DNA of 57,971 nt, filler included, from Dirinaria sp. TL-2023a (taxonomy: Eukaryota): NCBI GenBank assembly GCA_051941275.1. It is 3 parts of 3 records of this genome, joined end to end, with 100 filler letters (N's around TTAATTAATTAA, not from the genome) between each part and the next. Parts side by side here need not be neighbours in the genome. Positions count along the whole stretch, not along the records: positions 1 to 19,305 come from JAVEBF010000342.1; 2 more parts are not named here. One strand, written 5' to 3'. Below are positions 1 to 11,246 of this stretch, one piece after another (position 1 is the stretch's first letter; each line of letters opens with the position of its first letter). Below the pieces are notes generated by a model. That model was not told where the DNA came from, did no database searches, and worked only from the letters and a program-made list of their open reading frames with translations. Made by a program: the position numbers and the translations under genes.

Positions 1-123
1 AAATTGCCGTGGCCGCCGTGGAAGCCGGCGAAGGAGACGAGCCCGTCCGCCGCCGCCACGATGGGCGAGCCCATCGGCGCGCCGTAATCCACGCCCTGGT
101 GCATCCGGCTGAAGCCCAGGATC
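1..123 (-). other. Foreign fragment of a bacterial M23-family metallopeptidase (MepM/NlpD-like) gene, alphaproteobacterial-like; probable chimeric contig end
   Basis: The minus strand from 122 reads ILGFSRMHQGVDYGAPMGSPIVAAADGLVSFAGFHGGHGN, with the M23 HxxxD motif (HQGVD) and typical flanks (API.AAADG.V..AG..GG.GN). GC is 86/120 (~72%) in 1-120. It joins the fungal gene at GATC 120-123 in a different frame. Confidence 0.85.
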
Positions 124-779
124 GTGCGCTGCTTCTTCCCAGGTCTTGTTGTACGGGTATCGAGCAGCTTTCTGCCCATGAAGCCATTGCTCGATTTCAG
201 GGACACAGACCGCACGCACATCCGACCTATCTTGGAGTATCTCAGCGATTGCCGCCTGCGCGGAGGCAGAGTGCAGGTAAGCCCGGCAGTCGGTTTTGTT
301 GAGCAGGTTCAAATGGCCTTCTTTGGTCGTGAAAGGCGACGGCAAGAGGATCTGCCATATATTTCAATACACACCGATCCCACACAAAAAAAAGTAATGC
401 GGGTGGCTTATGTGCATCATATAATATCAGGTAGCTTCTTTTCATAGAATAGTAATAAATTTAACATTACCTTTCGACCAACTTTCACAGCCGCAACGCC
501 CAGGATCGGGAACCGAACGTCTTTGTCCCCGGAATAGGCAAACGTCTCGAAAGTGCCCTCGCTGCACACCCCCAGCGTCTGCTCCAGCCACCACGCTGCG
601 CGATCGATCGCATCCGCGAATTGTTTGTAGGTGATGTCTTTGAAACCACGCGCCAGATCGGCGTCGTCGAGCGGGACCGAGACCCATACTCGGTCTGGCT
701 CGTGATCGGCATAGTAATCAATCACGGTTGCGAGGAGACGCTGTCCGTAGGGACCACATGGAGGAGGAATGCTGGACAT
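120..779 (-). CDS. NRPS-like (adenylation-domain, probably A-T-R reductase type) enzyme, 5' part only, truncated by the chimeric junction
   Basis: Exon1 779-471 (QRLLATVID...DITYKQFADAIDRAAWWLE...FAYSGDKDVRFPILGVAAVKVGRK), GT-AG intron 470-352, exon2 351-~120 (ILLPSP...YPYNKTWEEAAHDP). Homology stops just before the expected xxLHTSGSTG (A3) motif. Confidence 0.8.
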
Positions 780-1629
780 GGTTGTAGACTTCTTCTTCTT
801 CCTCAGATTAGAAGATCAGTTCTACTAACAACACGTCTCACATGAAGGAAAAAGAAGTTTTATATTTTTGGAGAGATTGAGGGATGCATGAGCAATCATT
901 AAAATGGAAATTGAATCATGTTCACATACAAGTAGAAACCTCTTCACATCGAGGTAGCTCGGTAGGGAGGTGTTAAGGGGAACTCATTACCCTAAACCTA
1001 AAAACCAAAAAAAGCGATAGGAAACTACCTCATCTCTACCTTCCCCTCGAGATTTTTGATCAACAGGAGAGAGAGAGAAAAAACGAAAACATCACACTTA
1101 TAAGGGACAATAGTAATAATAATGCGGGGAAGCTGCAGGAGCCGTCAGGAACAGCCGTATGACTCAGGTGCCGCAGATATCCGGATTTGCAGGATTCAAA
1201 GGATCCCCGGCTCTGCGATATTTCCGGCCCCCATGTTGCGAGGAAGCGGAGAGAATGACACAATCGATTGAGTTTCGCTTCTATTTTCGAAGGAACGGCA
1301 GCAGCAGATCCAGTCGACGACGCGGACGGTATGGAATGCAATTTCATTGGTTGGAGGGCGCATGATCCCCCATGGGCGGACAGTGGTGCTCGAATGACAC
1401 ATATGATCTCTTTTGTCTGGGTATCCTAGAGAATAAAGTATCACACTTTGCTGATCTGATCCCGAGTAGTGCAAGTCTGGGACGTTGGGAACCATTCGTA
1501 CGTGATAGAAAAAGGACAAAGGTAAATCTCCATGTTAAAAACCTGAGCGACATATATGGCTGCTAGCTAACTGAGTGTGGTAAATTTGAGATGCATCCAT
1601 ACGAACATGGCATGTGCGGCTCTTAAGAG

Positions 1630-2315
1630 TTACGAGTAGTGTGTGACGCCATCTGGTCCGGCGACAACCTTGGGAATCGGCTTGCCAGTGTAGCCTGACC
1701 TAGCCTGACCATTGGCTATCAAACCCCATGGAGCATCCCATATGTGGAAGGTCGACAGGGTCTTATAAGCGCTTTGTTCGCCCAGGTGGTGATAGAGCCA
1801 CCCCAACGCAGCACCAAGGATGCCCCAGGTTAAATGTTGCCCCGGTACTGACTGGCACATAACAAAGGCGCCGTTGTTGAGATCGTAATAGAACGGATCT
1901 ACGTTCTGCGGCAACTGACCGTCACCCGAAGCCAGAAGTTGGCTCTGGACGAAGGCGTAGCTGCCGTTCAGAACAGCCTTGATTGCACTTGGTGGCCCCC
2001 GTCCTTCCGTGTTTAGCACTATCGTAGTGTTCGTTCCCGGTATCAGAAATGTGTTGGGCAAGTACTCGTCCCCATCTGCGTCCCCTCCGTCGTCGTCAGC
2101 ATTGGAATGAACAAAACGCGCCTGATTCCTTGGCCTGCGGATCCATCAGCAAAACAAAGATACTACGCGCTGTAGGAAGAAGGATGTACAGACCCTGCTC
2201 TTGCTTCAACATGGTCTGAATACGTTGAGACGGAAGATGTGGGAATGGCAGATGTGAAGCTTATTAGACGAGCGAAAGAAAGGATCACTACCATAGAATA
2301 CATTGATTGAAGCAT
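1630..2315 (-). CDS. Small secreted protein (~208 aa) of unknown function, cysteine-poor
   Basis: join(2315..2194, 2134..1630); 59-nt intron with GCTGAT branch site. Signal-peptide-like MLQSMYSMVVILSFARLISFTSAIPT; TATATATA about 100 nt upstream; mature part carries IPGT...GDG...DPF...LTWGIL..AL..L...F.I.....G.IA.G. Confidence 0.8.
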
Positions 2316-2982
2316 GACTGAATGGAATCCGAACAGGTAGAGGACTGCGAAAGGTGTAGGTAGTATTGCGGCGGCCTTGGCGCTTCATGACGAGATCGGG
2401 AGCTGCGCAATGTACATATATATAGTGCCACAATAACAGTACTGAGAGGGAAAGAATAGGTGGAAGACGGCACGAGGTATTCCAGATGGAAAGGCGCGCC
2501 AATACTTGAGGGAGACTTTGCCGCGTTTGACGGTTTCGTCACACATTTGGTGTTAGCGCACTGTTTCCTCTGGAGCGCCAACATCTTTGTGGGACCACTT
2601 CATACATTTTTTGAAACAGATATCGGCTGATAGATTTAGAGCCTAGTTGATGATGCCTTAGCGCTTAGTTGGCGGAGCATACCGTAGTATTACGTGTGTA
2701 CCTTTATACCCACGTCAGTGCAGTGGTTCTGAAAATGATCTGCGTAAGCCACTTCGCGTACGTTACCTTATTGTATGATATTGTGGGACCTTTTGGCACT
2801 TGGCAATATGTTTCCTTGTGTCCCCATTGAATGACCGGAATCTCTCAAAGAGAGGAAAAATATTAAGGAAAATTCAAATCCCAGCGACCATGCATAAGGT
2901 TGCCCGGAAACTACTCTTGTCGTTGTGTACTCGAGACTTTAACCGGTCACAGCCCTTAACCAATCAGGGTTAGGGTTTTAGA

Positions 2983-3014
2983 GATAACTTGATAGTTAGG
3001 TATCTTATCTTATC
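2983..3014. promoter_or_regulatory. Cluster of five GATA cores (possible AreA/SreA-type GATA factor sites)
   Basis: GATA at 2983 and 2991, TATC at 3001, 3006 and 3011, about 0.7 kb upstream of the secreted-protein gene. Partly a (TTATC)n microrepeat. Confidence 0.25.
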
Positions 3015-3589
3015 TACAAAAAAATTGCTTTACGCGGTCCTCTCCACTTTGCATCGAGCTTTTCTCAATTCAAAATCATGACACTGAGATAATGCCTGTT
3101 TACTCCTCCATCCTTTTCAGTACGCATCATCCTACATCCAAAAAATTTTCCCTACATGGGCTCTCTAAGGTAAGAGTCGACTAGAATCCATCGATGAAGG
3201 TACAGCTATCTACAAAGTTTCGCCGAATAATATCAGATGGAAAGGTGGAAGTCCACCGTCTCTCCACCCACGTAAGTAGTGTCGAATCAAAGGTTCGAGC
3301 GCATAGGGGATGTCGAGCACATGTTTCAACTTGTCACACGGGGTAAACAACAGGAAAAAACATGTATTGATGAGCTTCAAAAGGGAATGTGGACGGTATA
3401 TGTACAGTAGAATTTTCCTTTATCGAGAAACTGCTCTATGCAGTATGAATTATGAGTACAATGAACGTAATGCGTTTCGAAACTTGGGTACGGGGAGAAG
3501 TTCTTCTGCATCCAAAAGTCCACATGCCGGCTACATATTGTGGACGAACAATGTTCCCAACTGTTCAGCCACGGATTAAAACAGCCATC

Positions 3590-5218
3590 TTATCCTTGTA
3601 CAGCACCGTATCCTCTAATCGTGTTCTCGTTCTCGTTTTCGGCAGACTTTGACGTGTAGTCACCAGCTCGACTAACGGCGAGCCCTATATCATGGCTCGA
3701 TTTGCTGCTCTTCGAGTCCACGTGAACTAGTGGTATATTCGAAATTGTTGCCGCTGAGCCTTGTTGCTCAAAATGCCCGAACTCTTTGTCCCGTCTGTTG
3801 TACCGCTCTGGCATCGTCTCATCCTCATCCCGAGATTTGGCGACGTTGTGGTCGGCGTGACTCCTGGCGTCTGATCTGATCGAAAGTCTTTCAGCGGCAT
3901 ACCGAAGTCCAGACATGGACAAGTTCCAAAGTTGACGGAATCTTTGAGGAAGAGCGTTGGCGACACGGAAGCTTAGGCTGGGAAGGTTGCATGCAATGAG
4001 ACCGACGCCAATCTCACATGCTGGCCATACGGAGAAGAGAAGACCAGACCCTGCTTGACATTAGCTAGTCGCATCAGGATATGGAAGCACGGTGATGAGA
4101 AGCAAGACTGCTTTAGTAAGAGATTTCGGACTTGCGCGACGTCTTGGCTTACGCACCTGGAAAGAAGTCTGCGCCTCCTCCACTATTCGCAATGGAAGGG
4201 TCCGTTAAGTAAACTATTTGAACTATGGTGTTGTTGAGGCCGGCAACGAACGAACTGTATAACGAATCAGATCGAGCTACGAGCACGAGATCATCTAGGC
4301 TTCACTCACAATCCTCCGAGGCAAAAAATTATCGCGATGACAATCTTCCGCGCGAGATTCAAATGCAGTCTCCAGACCTACGTTGATCTCTATCAGTCGG
4401 TGTCTGTCAACAAGCTGGAGATCAGCAATGAGACTCGCCACTTACGAAAGGGACAGGTAGAATAAGTAAGCAAAAGTCGACGAAGCTATCTAGGCAAAAA
4501 ACACCCATCTGCATATTAAAGCCCCAATGGTCACAAGCGGACCAGCCGCCTTCAAAGTTGGCTCGAATATTTGTACCGCAATATAAGATCCAGGAGAGAA
4601 CTGCATATACAAGCCAGAGGATGGAAAGACCGATCAGGATCCGGTTGCATATGTTGAAAACCTTGCCGATGAAGATGCGACGATAAAAAAACAGGATAGA
4701 AAGCTTGATCAAGCTGTTGGAGGTGATCCAGAAAATGATTATTGCAGCTGTCACCTAGAACAGAGCATCAGTCAGCTTGATTTCCGTGAGCAGTACTTGA
4801 GGGAATGCCGAAGCGAAGGCGCTTCATGTGTACGTACTTGTGCAAGAATGCGCTGCTGCTCTGTAACAGTACTTGGATCTGCCGCGGTTTGTTCGCCGAA
4901 GGCATCTTTGAAGACTCCTGGGTAGCGCGTTATTGCTGCATGGTACATGAATCTGAAAGCGTAACCATATGGTACCAGTCAGGAGTGATGCACAACAGCC
5001 AGTCACACCCAGCTGTGGAAAGGTCAGTTCTGGTTGTGCTGGTTGTATCGGTACTGCATCTTGACACTAACCCATGCAGGCAAGCAAAGCCAGTCATCAA
5101 TTTGCCATGGTGTCCTGCGATGCCGGCGGACGTAAAAGCGAGCGGCCACAAGAATGCCGCCGATAATCGGGAAGCAGAATCCAATGGCCATAGCGCTGCC
5201 CCGTGTTGCTATGCCCAT
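3590..5218 (-). CDS. PTH11/Sat4-like (fungal rhodopsin-domain) 7-TM integral membrane protein, multi-exon
   Basis: MGIATRG...VAARFYVR...IDDWLCLPAW; LIKLSILFFYRRIF; DFCLLILPVP; EIGVGLIACNLP; several GT-AG introns; stop at 3590. Confidence 0.85.
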
Positions 5219-6559
5219 GATGAGTTTGCTATGCCAGTAGAGAGTTTTTTCGAAAGGGAAGTGAGGGTAGGTCAAGCTCTCGTCTGAGAGCCGATTGTGC
5301 GGAGATAACTTTGTTTGACAGTGCGGCACGGATTTCGAGACATACAATCGACCACTAGTAGAAACACCTATCTTATAATCTCCGAGCCAGCGAAGAAAGC
5401 GAGGCAAGGCATCTGAGGGCATCCCGCGAGCCGGCCAAACCTGCCTATCAGTGAGGGAGGGAGAGCGCAGGATCGTGCAGCGCTGTGCAGCATTTGGATT
5501 CCAACCCCCATGGAATTTCCCCGAATCCCGACAGATTGGAATGCTAGGGTGACCAATGCTTGGCTTACAAGTGCTGGCTGGAACATCTGATGCGTTGCGT
5601 GACATGCATGGGGCGTCATCACCAGCTTCGGTGTGTCTTCCAATCCCTACTACGAAGAGTCGCTGGGAAGGAATCGCACCATCCGATTCTTGCATCAGAG
5701 CTGTGCCGTACAGGGCAGATCTTCGCACTGCTCGTGGTGGTTACATTGAATTCTTCAGCAAATGGGAGTGAATGACGCGGGGCTGATGCACGAGGCTGTT
5801 CTTGTTTTGGCGGGCAACGTTGCGGAATCGTGATTGGCTTTTTTTCATGGCCAGCTTGGCGGAACGCAGCCTTACCAGCTCTTATCTGTCCCAAAGGGAT
5901 ATATATGAGACGGATTGGGGATGGGCCCACATCCTGTATATGTCAGGATCGTCGGCCCCCGCATCCCTACTTCAAGGACATGGCAGTGGCTGCTTTATCA
6001 TTGCTTCAGGAGCAGGTTCGACAGACTTAGGTAGTCCATCTGTCCTGCGATGATGCGGCAACTAAGGTACCGAGGCTCCCCGACGAGGCTCCGAGGGTAT
6101 GATACTTCCGTCCACTGATGTCTTGGCAAAGGGACAATACCTACCTTAAGGTACATGATGATATGAGAGTACCTTAGTTAAGGTAACCGAAGCAGGGTTC
6201 CGATGGACTCTCCGTCCCATGGGCTCGGTGACGCTCATCGTTCGCTATTGCGATCAATCGACTTCTCTGTATGCGGATCTCGCCGCGCGAAAGTCAGGGT
6301 CTCTGTGGCAGAATGGGGTGCGTGCGCAGAATAAACCGTATATCTTTTTCGTCATTGGGGTTCTTCTGGATCTATTGGACGGCGGTGGTACTTTGCCTTC
6401 TGCTATGTACGAATACGAGCTTCTCCCAATTCTGAGGCCTCTCTATACGAATCACGCGCGCGCTCGTTGACATTGAAAGCCAAGATCGACCGATACGGTC
6501 ATGCCTTTGCTCGTTTCACTTCGACCGATTCCATCAACATCCTGCTAACCTTCCAACGG

Positions 6560-7532
6560 GCTCGGGAAGTCCGAGCCGGGTAGGGCAGTCGACAGCTTGG
6601 CTGAAATGAGTGATGGCGGTGGTAGGGAGAACGGCCGGTGCGGTAGGTGATGTTGCACCAGACTGGTGCCGCAATTGCGTCGTGTGTTGAGATGGGCGTA
6701 GTATGACGAGAAGAGTGGTAGTGCTGGACATATCTCGCGATTCGGAGCCGTCGAAGGCGGAGGACGATGTAGGCCTTTTGAGCTCACGAAGCAAGTCTTT
6801 ACTGATGCGGAATATTTCGCAGCAAGTTTCTTGTGCTGCAGAGCTACCCTTTAAAATGACCGGTAATGCCGTCTAGCCTGTATGATTCTCAATGACCCCT
6901 GGGAGGCCATATCCAGCGAGTACGGATGTGCGATTGAATGAGTAATTATTAATCGAAGGACTCATATGATTCGAAGAATGGCTTATGGATCCAGCAGATT
7001 ATGCTTTGCAAAGCTTGTCTGCGAAGATTTTTATAACCTCTCTGATACCTTGCCCGTCGCAGAGAGTATGAATGATGGAAACGACCAAAAGAAGCCCATT
7101 TTCGAAGAAGTTGACGCGCGAGTGACATATCTCAATCGGCCCGTCTCGGATGTAGAGAGGCTCTGGGAAGGGACAAAGCTCATCATTGTCCATGGCTGAT
7201 GGCGAAAAACCAGCTGCCCGTAGATCCAGAAAGTCAATCTTCTGGGAAAGATCTCGAGCTTCCAGGTACACAAAGCCATGCGGCTGGAGATCGTGGAGTC
7301 ATGGCTGGTCTTTGGAGAAAGGCACAACGGACCCGGCTAGGAAAGGGAGCTCCTCCATTGTAGAGCGCAAAGCAGTGAGGAGCAGGTGTGTTACTCGCTC
7401 CTTTCGCTCTTTGGTATTTTCAGAGAAGTGAAAACATTAAATTCTTTTCGAGTACAATAGTGTTATCTGTTTATCCCAGTGAGACAATTGGAGCTTGAAA
7501 GGAGGACCTTCAACTGCAAAGCATTGTTCCAT
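6560..7532 (-). pseudogene. Pseudogene of a CoA-dependent O-acyltransferase (Tri101/BAHD-like transferase family)
   Basis: ATG at 7532. LSHWD...YSKRI*CF; EELPFLAGSV; QP*LH; catalytic HxxxD in GLLLVVSIIHTLCDGQG; KA*; TG*; after frameshifts ISTHDAIAAPVW and AVDCPTRLGLPEP. At least four in-frame stops and two frameshifts; the C-terminus was not found. Confidence 0.8.
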
Positions 7533-7853
7533 GACTCAAGGCAGATGGTCAAGAGAGAGATACGTTGAACATCGGAGAACCGTCGCAGATGGGAAGCTTG
7601 AGCATTTGATTTTTTGCTTCCGGAATCAGGCATACCTCCTTATCCGAGTAGGAGAATATTCGGGTGCGGTTGGTCGCCCATAATCCTATACGGGTTGACT
7701 GATTGACCATGCTAGCCAAGGTGCTCAGTGGCACCCAATTCCGCCCTTTCGTTTGGCCAGATCTCGGTGATAGCTTGGACACTGTTCGATGAGCTCCAGC
7801 AGATCCTTTGTGGGGAAGAAGCTTTATGCTAAACATATGGAGTGAGCTCACGC

Positions 7854-9588
7854 TCATTTGACTTTGCTGTCCAGTAACCTCCACTGGACCTGCTCCGCGG
7901 ACCGAGGCCGGGGGCCTTTACTACGTTCTTCGATCATCAGCACAGACTTTGAAGACGATGCATTGAAGCGCCGAATAAGCATTGCAGTATAGTATCCGAC
8001 AAGGCGCTGGGTTGGGTGTTCTGCAAGCACATAGTCAATTATGGCAAACAACTCCACGGAAAGAATGCATACTTTGCTTGATATAGTTGACAATGTGCCT
8101 GGATTCCTCGTGCTCGAACATCTTGCTCATAAGCGCATCGACTCTCTCTCTGATATCGATAGTCTCTTCCCCAAGATCCCTCCTGGCTTTCTCAATCTGG
8201 TCTATGGTTGAGAAAGCTGGGACGCTGCTGGCTCGCATCAAATGCTGTGCTGCTGCAGTCCGCAACTCCATGATATCTGCCAGAAGTTGCCAAGTATTCA
8301 TCGGAACGCCGTCTAAGAGTTCGGCAAAGTTGCGAAAATCCTGTATCAGCTGCAACGATGGGTACCTTGTATGCAGCAAAGCCATTGTCTGCGCGATGAT
8401 CTGGACCCTGCGATAGCCTTGAAAGATCTCATCCTCGCTGCTACCGAGTCTCACGGCAGGGAATACGGGATCCCCCCCTCCTAGGCGCGGTTGATGAAGC
8501 ATATATGGAAACACAGTCTCCGCACTGTTGGGGATCTGGCGAGCACAGGCGTCACAGTCGCACTTGATCGCTTGAAAGCTTTGATAAGAAAGCCCGCAGT
8601 TTCGGCACTCAACCTGCTCAGACCCGCCGGCATTCGACTCCATACAGCCTGGGCAGGTACTTGGCGGACACGCGAAACGATGGAAGACCATGCTCATGTC
8701 GACATGCTGACCAGGTTTGAAGACGGTCTCCCAAGGTTTTGTCAAGTCAACAAATCGCTTTCGTTGCGTGTCCTGGATAGAAAATTCGTGGTTTTCAAGC
8801 TTTGCAATACCAGATTCTTTCGCCCCGGCTTGCGCGAAGCGCACTTTGAGGACGGCCAGGAAGCAGTCGAGGGAGTCGATGAAGTCAAGATGAAAAGGTG
8901 CCCTATTGCCGAAGCAATCCAACAGTACTACAGGCTGTTGGAGAGGTACTTGTGGTGGAATCGCCTTCTGGATCTGAATCATCCGTCCCAGATCCTGCAC
9001 ACTCTGCATCAATTCCTTGTTCTGGTGCATGAGGAAAAGAAAGCATTGGCGCTGCTCGAACGTAAGATTCTGAAGAATACCGGCGAACTGGTCCTGCGGT
9101 AGAGATTGGGACTCTAGCGCGACGCTCCGGTCTTCGGAATGGCTCACACGCATGTTCTGCTTGATCTGGAATGTCACAAGCAACATGTTGAGGGCGGATG
9201 AATGCCGAGCGATTTGTGCACGGAAGTTCGCTATATCTTCCTTCTTGCATAATGCCCACTGGATTTTTCGGTAATTTGACCTCCATCCAGAAACTTGGGA
9301 TCGTAGATGGGGTTGATACTTTGCGATTGACCCAAGAAATTCATCAATACTTTTCCGGCAGCCAGATAAAGCGCGGTCAAGGGCTGCGGTCTGCTTCGAA
9401 GAAAAGTTCTGCACCAACTGCAATTCCTCAATGGCTTCTAGCCCGCCCTGTAGGATGATAATCTCGTTGACAAGCGCTGCGTAGTCCGAGGAGGCCCCTT
9501 TGGTACTGCTAAAAGCTTCGATTGAATCTTTAAATACTCTGATTCCGGCTATAAGGTCTCCGACGGAGAATCCAAACCCTGCAGCCAT
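7854..9588 (-). CDS. Protein with a fungal N-terminal HeLo-like/sesA-type helical domain, a ubiquitin-like domain and a Cys-rich zinc ribbon
   Basis: Start MAAGFGFSVGDLIAG at 9588; ...KIQWALCKKEDIANFRAQI; Ubl-like PVVLLDCFGNRAPFHLDFIDS...PWETVFKPGQHVDMSMVF; CPGC...CRNCG; 52-nt intron 8072-8021; final exon to stop at 7854. Confidence 0.8.
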
Positions 9589-10033
9589 TTCACGGCCGCT
9601 GTGCTCGCATATTGTGCGGGAGACCTGATCTACATCTCGAGATCTCGTGCCAGTTTCATCGTGGTAACAGAGGAACACCGACTACTCGAGACCCATCACT
9701 TCCTCTTCGGAACCCTTGGCAGCCAATAGGAGCCCATTGAAGAACGTGAGCTGAGCAATTGAAGAGCAAGCTACCTGCAAGATCCCATAGTACGCGATAT
9801 AATAGTGGGATAGAGTTCAAGAGCAACTCCGAATTGCAACATGGCAAACTCTACAATATTCCTTCGTGGCGATCTTATGTCGGATTGAGACTAGCGTCCG
9901 GCACGGTCCTACAGTCCATTTATCACCCCTACGTGGGGGAGGTAGGTTCGGGAGGTCTGTAGGGTAGGACTTTAAGTACTCCCTTACCTCCTCATCTGAA
10001 GGCACCCATGTATCCATCTCATCCAAGTCAACC

Positions 10034-10465
10034 ATGACCGCGCCGTCTGAATCCAGCACATGCAACCGTGATGGAGCTTCCGGCGCGGGGACTACGGAGC
10101 AACAAACCTCCGAAGCCCGCCACGCCTTCCTGACCGCCTTGTCTTCAACCGCACAGTCTTCTCTCGCACCTTTACAGTCCCGCGCTTCGGACATCCACAA
10201 CGCATCCCAGCGTATCGACGCGCAACAGCAATCTCTTGAAACCACGACCAACAAAGTTGCAAAGGAAGAGAAGCAGTATGAAAAAGTAGCCGAAGACGCC
10301 GGGGCGAAATTGAAAGAGCTGGGGGACGTGCAGAATTGGGCGGAGATGCTGGAGCGCGATCTACTGGTGCTGGAAGATATGATGGATACGGTGGAGGGGG
10401 AGGAGGACATGCGGCGCGAGTGCGTGAACGGAGATGCGGCGAAGAGGAAAACCAGCTGGATGTGA
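10034..10465 (+). CDS. BLOC1S1: BLOC-1 complex subunit 1 (GCN5L1 family)
   Basis: Coiled-coil protein with the family motif LKELGDVQNWAEMLERDLLVLE. Confidence 0.92.
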   Translation: MTAPSESSTCNRDGASGAGTTEQQTSEARHAFLTALSSTAQSSLAPLQSRASDIHNASQRIDAQQQSLETTTNKVAKEEKQYEKVAEDAGAKLKELGDVQNWAEMLERDLLVLEDMMDTVEGEEDMRRECVNGDAAKRKTSWM

Positions 10466-11246
10466 AGGGAGTGCGTTCGGGGCGAAGGTGGTGCAATGGA
10501 CTCAAGACAGCCTCAACATTCACGAATTCATGAGCGTTACGAGATTGTAATGGATCTGATTTTTGGGAAGGGGTTTGAAATTGTAGGCCCTTCGGCGGAT
10601 GCGATTGAATTGGAAAAGGGATTTGTTGGTGGTATCCCTTTCGCAAGCATAAAATTGAGGTCGTGCTGTGGCGAATGATACTGCAGCTCTGTAAAATTGA
10701 GTCTTCTCCTTGCTTCATCAAAGAACAAGGCCTTCCAAAGCCACACTCTCTGGGACAGCTCTTCAGCTGCTGTGTGCCGATCGGGGTTTACACGTCCCTT
10801 CTGTAGGCTACTAATTCGTCCCTCACATCCTTGCCATGTCGTGATTATTCTAAGGATTCTTCTCATCTTCCTAGTCAGACTATGTTTAGTCTGCCGAAAA
10901 CCCTCTGACATACCTCTGACTAGTAAGCTGTTTAGATGACTTTAGTCATTCAGACGTGGATGCTACAATAGTGTCTTCGAAATGCCGCGAGCTTGTTCAG
11001 TCTCGCCAAGAATCCCACTGGACGCTGACACTCGCGGACAAGCTCTTCAATGCGTGAAAGTGGTTCTCCGGGGCGGCCCCAATGACGTTATCATCCCAGA
11101 GGAGGCTCGTGATGGCACCGGGTTGCCCAAAAAACGAGAAGCTTGATAGAATCTAAGTCCCTGTTTGGGGTTTCGCCGACGGGTTGATTCTCTCTACCGC
11201 GTCTTGAGGAGAGCCATAGACATATTAGTCAATAAAGTGGGGTGCG

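Noticed and set aside
2965..2980. AGGGTTAGGGTT as a telomeric repeat or telomerase RNA template (also CCCTAAACCTAA near 990)
   Set aside because: Only about two units, and there is too little non-coding space downstream on the template strand for a ~2 kb Pezizomycotina telomerase RNA. Likely chance.
5024..5728. 234-aa ORF as an independent gene
   Set aside because: Only the portion from ATG 5218 is the first exon of the PTH11-like gene; the upstream part looks non-coding.
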